From contig JAYEOW010000029.1 in the NCBI GenBank assembly GCA_034723395.1, forward strand, positions 86,828 to 150,827: a stretch of 64,000 bases of DNA, given 5' to 3'. Origin of the DNA: Candidatus Margulisiibacteriota bacterium (GTDB lineage: Bacteria > Margulisbacteria > WOR-1 > O2-12-FULL-45-9). A model generated the notes under the pieces. It saw only the letters and a program-made list of their open reading frames with translations. It searched no databases and was not told where the DNA came from. The position numbers and the translations under genes are program-made. Positions 27,748 through 36,079 of this stretch are shown in pieces (the stretch's first letter is position 1; every line of letters starts with the position of its first letter).

Positions 27748-29091
27748 TTACTGGTTTAATATCGCTTCTACCTCTTTCTTGGCAAGTTGAAGCTGTTTCC
27801 TTATTTTTTCCGGTTTATAATCGGATCCCGAAGTTACATAATCCCACATGATCCCGAACCTTCGGGTCAAGATCGGCTCAAGCAATCCCCAGCTTGGCAC
27901 CGGCGGATAGGTACGGCCGATGAGCACCGCTTTTTTAAATATTTTTCGATGAGGATCCCTGGCGAAGAAGGGATCGTCAAAAGCATCCATTCTGGCGGGT
28001 AAGAATCCAGACACTTTTGTGTATGCGATCTGGGCTTTTCTGGAGGTCAAATATTTTATGACCTTAAAGGCCCCCGCCTTATTTTTAGCATGTTTAAAGA
28101 TGGCCAGGTTCGATCCGCCGACAAAAGTATACCTTCCCTTGGGCCCTCTCGGATATTCGGTGACCGCGAAATTCCTGGAAGTGAGCGAGCCGGCCGCGCC
28201 CCCTTCGGCAGCGGGGCGGGTCAGGGTCTTAACCTCGTATGGCCCGTCGAAATACATCGCACAGGTACCGTCGTTAAAGTTGCCGGAGACCTGGGCGGTG
28301 TTTAGCTCGAGGTATGATATTGGGACAAAACTGTCGCGGACCAGGCTGATATAAAAAGAGATCCCGTTAAATACCGCATCACTGTCCAAGACGCAGGTCT
28401 TTCGGTCGGCCCCTAAAAAATCTCCGCCAGCCATCCAGATCCATGGGGCAAGCGAGTGGATAACGTTCCAGTCGTTCTTTCCCGACATGCCGAGCGGAGC
28501 GATCGATTGGTCATCGATCACCACATCTGCATCGTAGATCTTCTTGAGTGAACGTTTAAATGAATTCCAGGTGTTTAATTCGTAGGGACGGACACCTGCC
28601 TTCCTTAAAACGTCCCTCCTATAGTAGAGGGCGCGGGCGTCTACGATCCAGGGGATTGCGGTAGTCTTGCCCGAGTTTTCGATCCCGGTCGTTTTCCAGG
28701 CTACCGGGACAAAGGTCTTTCTTCCGCCAAGGTCAGCAATCGCTTCTTTGGAAAGGACTTCAAGCGCCCCCATTCCGGTAATTGCCGAGACCCAGGTCGA
28801 GCCCAACTGAACTACATCTGGAACGTCTCCGGAAGTCGCGGCGGTGGTTATTTTTGACCAGGCGGCACCCCAGTCGACCGAGGTGATCTTAACTTTGATA
28901 CCGGTCTCTTTCTCAAATGGTTCCAGGAGCTCTTTGAGATCGCTGACCGGATCGAGTGAGTTGGGCATGACCCACATTTCGACAACTTTGCTGTCACTTT
29001 TTTTGGCGCCGTTATTGCAGCCGGTGATATTGAGAAGTAGGATGGTAGTTAGTAGTATAGCGGGAAGCAGAATTAGCAGTCTCTTTTTCAT
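27748..29091 (-). CDS. Carbohydrate ABC-transporter substrate-binding lipoprotein
   Basis: Signal MKKRLL...ITGC (lipobox), PDVVQLGSTWV, IPWIVDARALYYR, FVGGSNLAIF; start reassigned to ATG 29091, which has an SD. Confidence 0.88.
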   Translation of the reverse strand: MKKRLLILLPAILLTTILLLNITGCNNGAKKSDSKVVEMWVMPNSLDPVSDLKELLEPFEKETGIKVKITSVDWGAAWSKITTAATSGDVPDVVQLGSTWVSAITGMGALEVLSKEAIADLGGRKTFVPVAWKTTGIENSGKTTAIPWIVDARALYYRRDVLRKAGVRPYELNTWNSFKRSLKKIYDADVVIDDQSIAPLGMSGKNDWNVIHSLAPWIWMAGGDFLGADRKTCVLDSDAVFNGISFYISLVRDSFVPISYLELNTAQVSGNFNDGTCAMYFDGPYEVKTLTRPAAEGGAAGSLTSRNFAVTEYPRGPKGRYTFVGGSNLAIFKHAKNKAGAFKVIKYLTSRKAQIAYTKVSGFLPARMDAFDDPFFARDPHRKIFKKAVLIGRTYPPVPSWGLLEPILTRRFGIMWDYVTSGSDYKPEKIRKQLQLAKKEVEAILNQ

Positions 29092-29188
29092 GTATAGGCT
29101 CCTCTCAGTTTTATAGCGAACACAAAACGTAATTATACCATAAATAGGGGGGATTTTCAAGGTAAGACAGCAAAAAAATAACGTCAAA

Positions 29189-29278
29189 CCCTCACCCAGA
29201 GATTTCTCTAATGCCCTCATCCAAGTCATTCTAAACGTTTGGTTTATTCTAAACTTCCCTCTCCCGAAGGGAGAGGGA
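29189..29278. repeat. Partial palindromic repeat upstream of the DUF559 gene
   Basis: CCCTCACCC at 29189 and hairpin CCCTCTCCC-gaa-GGGAGAGGG ending near 29277. Confidence 0.65.
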
Positions 29279-29309
29279 GTTAATGGTATAATAATAGTAT
29301 TAAATAGAT

Positions 29310-29690
29310 ATGAGAGAAAAGAAGAAGATATTTGCCAGAAGATTGAGAAAAGAGCAAACGAAAGTGGAGAAGGTTGTTTGGGAGCTTATAAGAAATCGCA
29401 AGTTTATGGGTTTAAAATTTAGAAGACAGCATGTTATTGAAGGATTTGTAGTAGATTTTTATTGTAACAATCTAAGGCTTGGAATTGAAATCGATGGAGG
29501 TATTCATTTAAGGCAGAAGGAATACGATCGATTGCGACAAGAAATTATTGAATCAGAAGATATTAAAATAGTCAGAATAACCAATAAAGAAATCAAAGCA
29601 AATAAGAGAATAATCCTTAAAAAGATAAAGCAATTTATCGATAACCATATTGCCCCTCTCCCTTTTAGCCCTCACCCAAGCGCTCATTAA
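29310..29690 (+). CDS. DUF559 / Vsr-like endonuclease domain protein
   Basis: ARRLRKEQT..E..VW..IRNRK..GLKFRRQH.I..FVVDFYC...LGIEIDGGIH. Confidence 0.88.
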   Translation: MREKKKIFARRLRKEQTKVEKVVWELIRNRKFMGLKFRRQHVIEGFVVDFYCNNLRLGIEIDGGIHLRQKEYDRLRQEIIESEDIKIVRITNKEIKANKRIILKKIKQFIDNHIAPLPFSPHPSAH

Positions 29691-29775
29691 CCAATAGTTT
29701 TTTAATCACTCCCTCTCCCATGGGGAGAGGGACGTTTAAGAAGATTGAGCAGTAAGGAATACCTTGGGTGAGGGC
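29668..29775 (+). repeat. 108-bp palindromic MITE/REPIN-like element, copy A
   Basis: GCCCTCACCCAAG...CTTGGGTGAGGGC terminal inverted repeats with internal CCCTCTCCC hairpin; reverse-complement match to 33941-34048. Confidence 0.8.
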
Positions 29776-29790
29776 TGTTGCCCCTCCCAA

Positions 29791-29826
29791 AAAAAAATAA
29801 CGCCGGAAACAGGCGTCCGGCGTTAT
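29791..29826 (-). terminator. Rho-independent terminator for 29853-32120
   Basis: TAACGCCGGA/TCCGGCGTTA stem followed by a T-run on the minus strand. Confidence 0.7.
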
Positions 29827-29852
29827 ATAAAACACTAAACTATTGAACTAGG

Positions 29853-32120
29853 TTATTTCGAAGTTGGCAATAACTTTAATACATCTATCCCCACGATACC
29901 CCGGCCAAAGTGTTTTCCGGCAACACTATCGTATTGAATTTCGCCAAAGAGGGCCTGCCTTAGGATTGGCAGGTTATACCTCAGGGAGACTGAGTGAGAC
30001 TGTTCTCCATAATGGAGGGTAGGGTTATCAGTATATGTATAGCGCAAGTCAAACCTTCCCAGCTTTTTGCTGTCCAAGCCGACGATCGCCTGGTACTGGG
30101 TCCTAAGGTCCCATCCCTGCTGGTGGAGACCGCTTGACCTAAATCCGGCAAACGGTTTGAAGTCAGGGATATTTAACCACTGTGCGGTCAAAAGGATGTT
30201 CCATCCCATAACGTTTTCCGGGGTTGTTCCGGTAAGGCCGACCCCTTCTGAATATTCAGGGACCGAGCGTTTTCCGGCAACTGTTCCGCCGGCTTCGAGC
30301 CAGATGTTTGGAACGCCTTTATTCTTGAATTTGCGGTTTAGCGAAAGCGCCAGTTGTAATCCTGTGTTTACCGCATAATCACCGCCGCCATTGTTGAATG
30401 AGAACCCATAAGTATCGTTGCTATAATTTCTCCATGAGTTCTCAAATTCGGCATATGCTTTTAAATAAGCGAATTTGGTAGCCAGGTTGCTGCCGAAAGC
30501 GATCCCGCCGGTTAATACGTTGTCCATCCCGCTGAACAGGAGGCGGTTTGGATCTATGTAGTTGGTCCCGCGGAAGGCAAAGTGTCCGTAGGCATCGATA
30601 TCAAGTTGAGAAATAGGGGAGAAGATAAAATTTGTACCAATTCCCGCCATTCCCAGTATGGTGTCTTTTGGGTTGTAGTCGAATGCCAACTGCAGGTTCG
30701 CACCGACGGTCAGCCAGCTTGGGAAACTTTTGTACTTTTTACCGGAGAGGGCGTTAACGAGAGTGTTTTCTCTGCCCATGACCGGGGTTGGATGGTGCCG
30801 ATCTCCCAAAGTGATCCTTCCTGAAAGAAGTGATATCCGTTCGGTGGTCGCCCTTAAATTAGCCGGAACGTTATCCCGCTGTGATTCTAAAGCAGAGCTT
30901 GAGAATCCACCGGTGAATTTAGCGGTTAATGCTTCACTTCCGGCGATCGGCCCGTATCTTAACGGAAAAGCGGTTGCCGGATTGGTATATGCAAAGTCTC
31001 CGATTCTTTGCGCCGTAGTTTTGTCATCCGCGACTTCGGCAATATTAAAACTTCCTTGCGCCAGAACCCTGTTTCCGTCCATGACCTTGATGGTCCTGTT
31101 CCCTGCCGTTGCGTCATTAGGCGCGCTGGCGGTAAATTTAAGTGTAGTATCATTGATCCGCCTAACGTTGCTTACACTGACTCCGGCTGGAGAAACGAGG
31201 ATCGCCGGATTTGCCGGCAGCTTGCGGCAATCAACTGTGACGGTAACTTCCTTAGTTTCACCTTTCTTGAGGGAGCTGGGGGACACGCTAAGAGTTGGTG
31301 AACATTGAGGGGGAACGATGGTCAATGCGTTCGCCTTGGTAGTAGCGAGCTTTGGATACCGCTGCACATGTGTTTTATGGGCGATACGGAGATCGCGTGC
31401 GCCAAGCTTGGCGTCTGAAGCGATCTTTATCTTAAAGGTCACGGTTTTTCCGTCAGCCTTGACATCCACCGAGTTGGGGACGATCGTAATTTTACCATCA
31501 ACATCGCTTCCGTTTAGAAAACTGATCTGAAGATCTTTAACTTTAGGGATATGCTTACCTTTAACGGTTACCGTAATTTCTCCGCCCTGGGTAGCGTCTG
31601 CGGAAGTGGTGACTGTGCTGATAATTGGAATGAATATTTTCTTTAATGCACAGCGTTTAAAAACTACTCTTTTCTCGGCAGCCACGTAAGCATAGAATGC
31701 CTTTGCGTTTTGAGTTTTTAGTTTATAGACTAATCTGCTAAGTCGGGCAATCTCTCTCCTGGCAGTAATATTTGTTCTGCCGGTAAGGGCTTTGCCGGTA
31801 TTTTTGTTTTTATAGGCACCATTTTTGATCATCTCAATGGCTTTAGCGAAGATCTTCTTAAGGAGGGCTCTTTTTGGCGGTCTCAGGCTGCACTGTTCGG
31901 CTACAACCACTTTTTGAGCAGCTTGGAAGGCATAAAACGCATCTGGATTTTTGGTCTTTAGCTTGTAGATCGCGCGGGTGATCTTGCTAAGTTCCCCGGT
32001 AGTTGAACTAACATCCGAACCGCCAGATGTCCGCACATCCGTAATGGCAGTGCCGAAGATCTCTTTAAGCAGAGCTCTTTTTGGGTCGCTGACTTGTACT
32101 GTTAATGATGCATCTGGCAT
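29853..32120 (-). CDS. Orphan protein: two helical repeats, two Ig-like domains, C-terminal predicted beta-barrel (755 aa)
   Basis: PKRALLK.IF..AI...YKLKT.N..AFYA occurs twice; Ig-like IKIASDAKLGARDLRI and ASAPNDATAGNRTIKV; alternating aromatic/Gly strands in the C-terminal ~330 aa. Confidence 0.6.
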   Translation of the reverse strand: MPDASLTVQVSDPKRALLKEIFGTAITDVRTSGGSDVSSTTGELSKITRAIYKLKTKNPDAFYAFQAAQKVVVAEQCSLRPPKRALLKKIFAKAIEMIKNGAYKNKNTGKALTGRTNITARREIARLSRLVYKLKTQNAKAFYAYVAAEKRVVFKRCALKKIFIPIISTVTTSADATQGGEITVTVKGKHIPKVKDLQISFLNGSDVDGKITIVPNSVDVKADGKTVTFKIKIASDAKLGARDLRIAHKTHVQRYPKLATTKANALTIVPPQCSPTLSVSPSSLKKGETKEVTVTVDCRKLPANPAILVSPAGVSVSNVRRINDTTLKFTASAPNDATAGNRTIKVMDGNRVLAQGSFNIAEVADDKTTAQRIGDFAYTNPATAFPLRYGPIAGSEALTAKFTGGFSSSALESQRDNVPANLRATTERISLLSGRITLGDRHHPTPVMGRENTLVNALSGKKYKSFPSWLTVGANLQLAFDYNPKDTILGMAGIGTNFIFSPISQLDIDAYGHFAFRGTNYIDPNRLLFSGMDNVLTGGIAFGSNLATKFAYLKAYAEFENSWRNYSNDTYGFSFNNGGGDYAVNTGLQLALSLNRKFKNKGVPNIWLEAGGTVAGKRSVPEYSEGVGLTGTTPENVMGWNILLTAQWLNIPDFKPFAGFRSSGLHQQGWDLRTQYQAIVGLDSKKLGRFDLRYTYTDNPTLHYGEQSHSVSLRYNLPILRQALFGEIQYDSVAGKHFGRGIVGIDVLKLLPTSK

Positions 32121-32141
32121 AATTTTATCGCCTTCCTTTTA

Positions 32142-32780
32142 TTATTGGTCTATGACGAAAGTCCTCCCGGTCATTCCGGTCATCCCAGAGCGAATAACTC
32201 TTGTTCGCTTCTTAACGACCCTAAAATAATTTTTTACAGTTACCGTTTTTCCCTTAATTGTTACTGCTAAATCTCTTGATCCAGGAGTAGCGCTGGCTGA
32301 AATCGAGATATCTCCTCTGATTACTCCATTAGTAATAGTTAGATTGCTAACGGTGATCCCCGATCCCAGCGAAATGGAGAGGTCGCCGGTTTGAGCTAAG
32401 GCCGTTGGAGAAGAGAGCTTACAATTTGCTTTCTGCTCGATCTCTTGTACTGAAATGCCAAGGATTTTACCTGCAAATGACTGGCCTTGAGTAGCGCCTT
32501 TTAGAACTTCAATGCGAGTGCCATTGCGTGTGATCCTTTTAATGATAGGAGCAACGCTTACTGATATGGCATGAAGAGTTGTTGGCTTACAGCTAGCTGC
32601 AGTCGCCATGGTCGGAGTCATCGGCGAAGGCCGTGTCCCTTGCGCCTTTTTGATCAACGCATTGCAATCCTTTTTTGAAATGCTGTCCGCTACAGGCTTT
32701 GGGGCCTTTTTTGCTCCGCAAGCCGCCAGGAAACCCACTCCTATTAAAGATGCTAATCTAACCATTCTTCCTAATCTCAT
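32142..32780 (-). CDS. Lipoprotein with Ig-like domain
   Basis: Signal ending in LAAC lipobox; ISISASATPGSRDLAVT resembles the Ig repeats of the neighbouring gene. Confidence 0.7.
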   Translation of the reverse strand: MRLGRMVRLASLIGVGFLAACGAKKAPKPVADSISKKDCNALIKKAQGTRPSPMTPTMATAASCKPTTLHAISVSVAPIIKRITRNGTRIEVLKGATQGQSFAGKILGISVQEIEQKANCKLSSPTALAQTGDLSISLGSGITVSNLTITNGVIRGDISISASATPGSRDLAVTIKGKTVTVKNYFRVVKKRTRVIRSGMTGMTGRTFVIDQ

Positions 32781-32809
32781 TTTTTCCCTCCTAATTATTT
32801 CCTATATTA

Positions 32810-32837
32810 TTATCGGCACTTTAAGTGATAAATTTCA
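32810..32837 (-). promoter_or_regulatory. Sigma-28-like promoter motif, copy 4
   Basis: TGAAATTT-atcacttaaagtg-CCGATAA, then GGAGG SD and ATG 32780. Confidence 0.78.
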
Positions 32838-32849
32838 CTTTTTTACAAA

Positions 32850-33782
32850 TTATTGCGGGATCTCAAAAATCGGCTTTTTCCTCGGCGGCTTTCTCTTCAT
32901 GGGAGGCTTCCGCTTCATCGGCGGTTTTTTCTTCATGGGAGGTTTCCGCTTCATTGGTGATCTCCGCGGAGTTTCTCTCATCGGAGCCTTCATTGCTGGT
33001 CTTGGCGCAGGTGCTGTCCTGGTAGTAGGCTTGCCGCATTTATCTATGGTTTTTTCTATCTCATTAGCAACTTTAAGCAGAAATTCTGGCGTAAGCCCTT
33101 TTAAAACGACCTTTGAGGAGTTTAATCCAAGGTATTTAACCCGAAAATCGCCAACACCTTTAACGACCCGGTTGCAAGCTTTCTTTTGGGATTCGGTTAA
33201 GATGCCGGATAAACCGGAAACCACGTCAAACAGAGGGTTGTGGACAGCTTTCTCCCCGATCGTAATAGTTTCAGATGAAAGCATTGTGATCATTGCTTCG
33301 CGTTGAGCAGGGGAGAGGGAAGCTATTTTGTTCTGCAGAGCCTTATGGGCAGAGCCGATTAAAAACTCTCGCTTGTTTTGGGATGGATCAGCATAGATAG
33401 TATTAACTAATCTTTTCGCAAAAGACCTGGCTAAAACAGGCTTTCTTTGGTTGTCTTTGTTGGTATTCAATCCCAGTCGATTATCAATCAGCAGATTCTT
33501 GGGGTTACATATCTCATTGCTAACTTTAGGGCTTGCGTCGGAGATTATCGCTGTCAGGTCCGCAAAGGAGATCTCAACAAACTTGCCTGCTTTGTTTTTG
33601 CTTCCCGCAACCTCAACTTGTTTAGGCCCGCAAGAAGAAAGGATTCCAAGGCCCGATAAAGCCAGGGCAGCCGTTGCGCCCGCTGCGGCGCTCTGTTTTA
33701 AAAATCCACGTCTTTGTTCTAAGGTGACCGTTTGTCTTTGCTGGGGACGGAAAAACGATCTTATTCTGGTTAGTAATTTCAT
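32850..33782 (-). CDS. Tat-exported lipoprotein with basic Pro/Met-rich repeat tail
   Basis: QRRGFLK twin-arginine motif, hydrophobic stretch, LSSC lipobox; C-terminal PPMKRK repeats. Confidence 0.75.
   Translation of the reverse strand: MKLLTRIRSFFRPQQRQTVTLEQRRGFLKQSAAAGATAALALSGLGILSSCGPKQVEVAGSKNKAGKFVEISFADLTAIISDASPKVSNEICNPKNLLIDNRLGLNTNKDNQRKPVLARSFAKRLVNTIYADPSQNKREFLIGSAHKALQNKIASLSPAQREAMITMLSSETITIGEKAVHNPLFDVVSGLSGILTESQKKACNRVVKGVGDFRVKYLGLNSSKVVLKGLTPEFLLKVANEIEKTIDKCGKPTTRTAPAPRPAMKAPMRETPRRSPMKRKPPMKKKPPMKRKPPMKRKPPRKKPIFEIPQ
32870..32960 (-). repeat. 18-bp coding tandem repeat (PPMKRK)n
   Basis: Encodes SPMKRKPPMKKKPPMKRKPPMKRKPPRKKP. Confidence 0.8.
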
Positions 33783-33813
33783 CTCATAATCCTCCCTATT
33801 TTCTCCTATATAT

Positions 33814-33841
33814 ATATCGGCACTTTTTTAGGTAAATTTCA
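33814..33841 (-). promoter_or_regulatory. Sigma-28-like promoter motif, copy 5
   Basis: TGAAATTT-acctaaaaaagtg-CCGATAT, then GGAGG and ATG 33782. Confidence 0.78.
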
Positions 33842-33890
33842 CTATTTTTAAAGATTTGTCCGGGCCGTTTTGGCCCTTTCAGCTATCTTA

Positions 33891-33918
33891 TTATCGGGAG
33901 GATTTGGGAGAAATTTCA
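33891..33918 (-). promoter_or_regulatory. Sigma-28-like promoter motif, copy 6 (tandem with copy 5)
   Basis: TGAAATTT-ctcccaaatcctc-CCGATAA. Confidence 0.72.
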
Positions 33919-33928
33919 GGTTATTTTT

Positions 33929-34060
33929 CCTCACTCCGGAACTCTCACCCAAACAATTCCCTACTGTACAAACTTCTTAAACGGCCCTCTCCCTATGGGA
34001 GAGGGAGCGATAGAAAAGCTGTTGGTTAATGAGCGCTTGGGTGAGAGTTCCGGGGTGAGG
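33929..34060 (-). repeat. 108-bp palindromic element, copy B (core 33941-34048), with extended 22-bp inverted repeats
   Basis: Core is a diverged reverse complement of 29668-29775; arms CCTCACTCCGGAACTCTCACCC / GGGTGAGAGTTCCGGGGTGAGG differ by one mismatch. Confidence 0.8.
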
Positions 34061-34062
34061 AC

Positions 34063-34097
34063 AAAAAAATAGGGCTAACCAATTAAGGTTAGCCCTA
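34063..34097 (-). terminator. Rho-independent terminator of the SLH/PorV operon
   Basis: TAGGGCTAACC-aattaa-GGTTAGCCCTA perfect stem followed by a T-run on the minus strand. Confidence 0.85.
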
Positions 34098-34119
34098 AGT
34101 TAAGTCTAACTAAACTAGA

Positions 34120-36075
34120 TTACAGTGAAGCGACCGGCAATGAACCTCGCAGCTGCGGCCGGGTTGGGATGTTTTCCCTGCGGAATCCCTTTTCCCAGGT
34201 ATAAAGATCTTTGATCTTTCCGCCAGCCAGCGCGGTGGTTGAGAGCATCTCTACCGATTCGGACCTGGGCAGATTGGTCTTCGGATGGAGATAGTTTCTC
34301 TTTACGAACTTTAACATTCCGGCTCCCTTAGCCGCCTGGATATATTTGGACGCCCAGTAGTTGGCCGGCACGTCCCAGTAAGGTTTTTCAAATACTTCAG
34401 AAGCGACTTTTAAGTTGTCAAAGCGGACCAGGACCGCGATCCCTTCAGCCTTGTTGATCTTGTTGTTCGGCCTAAAGGTCTTGTCCGGATAACCTTTTAC
34501 CAACCCTTCGCGTTTGGCAACTTCGATATATTTAGCTGCCCAGAAGGTAGGTTTAACATCCTTGAAGACTTTTCTGGCAGAGCGATTAGGGAGCTTGAGC
34601 CCTTTGGCACGGACCAGCAGGGTAGCTAATTCGGCGCGGGTAAGCGCTCTTTCCGGTTTGAATGTACCGTCAGGGTATCCTTCGACCAGCCCGACTGTTC
34701 CGGTATTTTCGATTGGAGCCTGCGCCCAGTAGCCTTCCGGAACGTCGTCAAAGTTGACCAGCCTTACCATCCGGAAATCCTTAGCGGTATAATCCCCCGC
34801 GGTATCGGTAGCTTCGAAAACAACTAATTTCTTTCCGACCTTGTCTACCGGGATATCAGCGGAAAACTTAAGATCTTTGCCAAGCGGAATGCTCACGCCG
34901 TTGGCTTTAATCGCGATCCTGCCCGGGGCAGCCTGGGTCTCATCTCCGGCGATAACTTCGACATACCCTGAAACCTCGACGTGATCATCATAAATGACCG
35001 ATTTGTCTTTCGGGCTGTCGATATGCACCCGTAATTCACGCTTTCTCGCTTCTCCCATATAGCTGATCGAGAAGAAAGAGGTGGCGTTATCAGGTATCCC
35101 CGAATAAGGGTGATAAGCGTAGTTAAATTCGATCCCGGCCAACCTGACACCTATGCCGGCGGTGATATCCTGTCCGTCAACCCCGGTGCGGAAAGCGAGA
35201 TTGCTTACCGGCCAGAACTCCAGCCCGTAATGCATCCTGTCATTATCGTTGATGTTTGCTCCGGTATCGTAGTCGAGGTTCAGATAAAGCCTTCGGGTGT
35301 TGTGGGTGGTGTAAGATTCTCCTTCTCTGCCTAAGACATTGAATTTAGCGCCCAGCTTCAGGTTTGACGGAATATCTTCGTTTCTCCCGGTTGAACGGGT
35401 CAGCTTACTGGCTAAAACGTTTTGATAGTTAAGTCCCAGGGTCAGGTAATCGGTTGCTGGATAAAGCAGTCCGAGGTCCGCGCTGTAGCCGGTACCGGCG
35501 GCGTCGCCTAGGCTCGCAACGTCGTTTGATCCCGATCCGCCAACGCTATGGTACTTAAAGCTTCCACCGATAAGGACGTCCTTATCGACGTTCCTTAAGG
35601 CCGGGAAAGTATTGAGGTAGGTAGCTCCGGAGATAAAAAGGACCGTACTGCTCCAGGCTCCGTCTCCAGCCAGGGTCCCGTCTGAATCGGTCAACGAGAT
35701 CCCGCCGGTATAAGAATTGATAATCCCGGCTCCGATCGCGCTCTTGTCGCCGTAAGGATAAACTCCGCCGACGACCGCGTAATTTACATCATTTAAGAGT
35801 GAGCAGTACATGCTGGATAGCTTTGGGTTTACCGCCCGGGCGATGCCAGCCGGATTCATGAAGAGAGCGTCACTCCCCTCGGCGACACCGACATAGGACC
35901 TGCCCATGCCGATACTGCGGGCGCCGACGCCGATCGACATCGGGTCCGACACCATTCCGCCCTGGGCCAGCGCCCCGGGAATGACAAATGTCAAATAACA
36001 AATGACAAATAAAATTCCAATAATAAATTTTGGATTTTGGATTTTGGATTTTGGTTTTTTCATAATGGTTTTCAC
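34120..36075 (-). CDS. PorV/PorQ-like beta-barrel fused to an Ig-like domain and three SLH domains
   Basis: Signal peptide; IGVGARSIGMG...ALFMNPAGIA (PorV/FadL-type N-terminus); SLH motifs FDDVPEGYWA...GYPDGTFKPERALTRAE, FKDVKPTFWA, YWDVPANYWA. Start may be ATG 36063. Confidence 0.8.
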   Translation of the reverse strand: MKTIMKKPKSKIQNPKFIIGILFVICYLTFVIPGALAQGGMVSDPMSIGVGARSIGMGRSYVGVAEGSDALFMNPAGIARAVNPKLSSMYCSLLNDVNYAVVGGVYPYGDKSAIGAGIINSYTGGISLTDSDGTLAGDGAWSSTVLFISGATYLNTFPALRNVDKDVLIGGSFKYHSVGGSGSNDVASLGDAAGTGYSADLGLLYPATDYLTLGLNYQNVLASKLTRSTGRNEDIPSNLKLGAKFNVLGREGESYTTHNTRRLYLNLDYDTGANINDNDRMHYGLEFWPVSNLAFRTGVDGQDITAGIGVRLAGIEFNYAYHPYSGIPDNATSFFSISYMGEARKRELRVHIDSPKDKSVIYDDHVEVSGYVEVIAGDETQAAPGRIAIKANGVSIPLGKDLKFSADIPVDKVGKKLVVFEATDTAGDYTAKDFRMVRLVNFDDVPEGYWAQAPIENTGTVGLVEGYPDGTFKPERALTRAELATLLVRAKGLKLPNRSARKVFKDVKPTFWAAKYIEVAKREGLVKGYPDKTFRPNNKINKAEGIAVLVRFDNLKVASEVFEKPYWDVPANYWASKYIQAAKGAGMLKFVKRNYLHPKTNLPRSESVEMLSTTALAGGKIKDLYTWEKGFRRENIPTRPQLRGSLPVASL

Positions 36076-36079
36076 TCCT

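Noticed and set aside
27747..27760. glmS ribozyme upstream of glmS
   Set aside because: glmS starts 1 nt after the upstream gene's stop; there is no untranslated leader to hold it.
29092..29229. N-terminal extension of the substrate-binding protein
   Set aside because: It runs through a repeat and a TGgTATAAT promoter; ATG 29091 has an SD and a proper lipoprotein signal.
32608..33306. 232-aa plus-strand ORF with GGF repeats
   Set aside because: Antisense shadow of the PPMKRK repeat gene, which has the SD, promoter motif and Tat signal.
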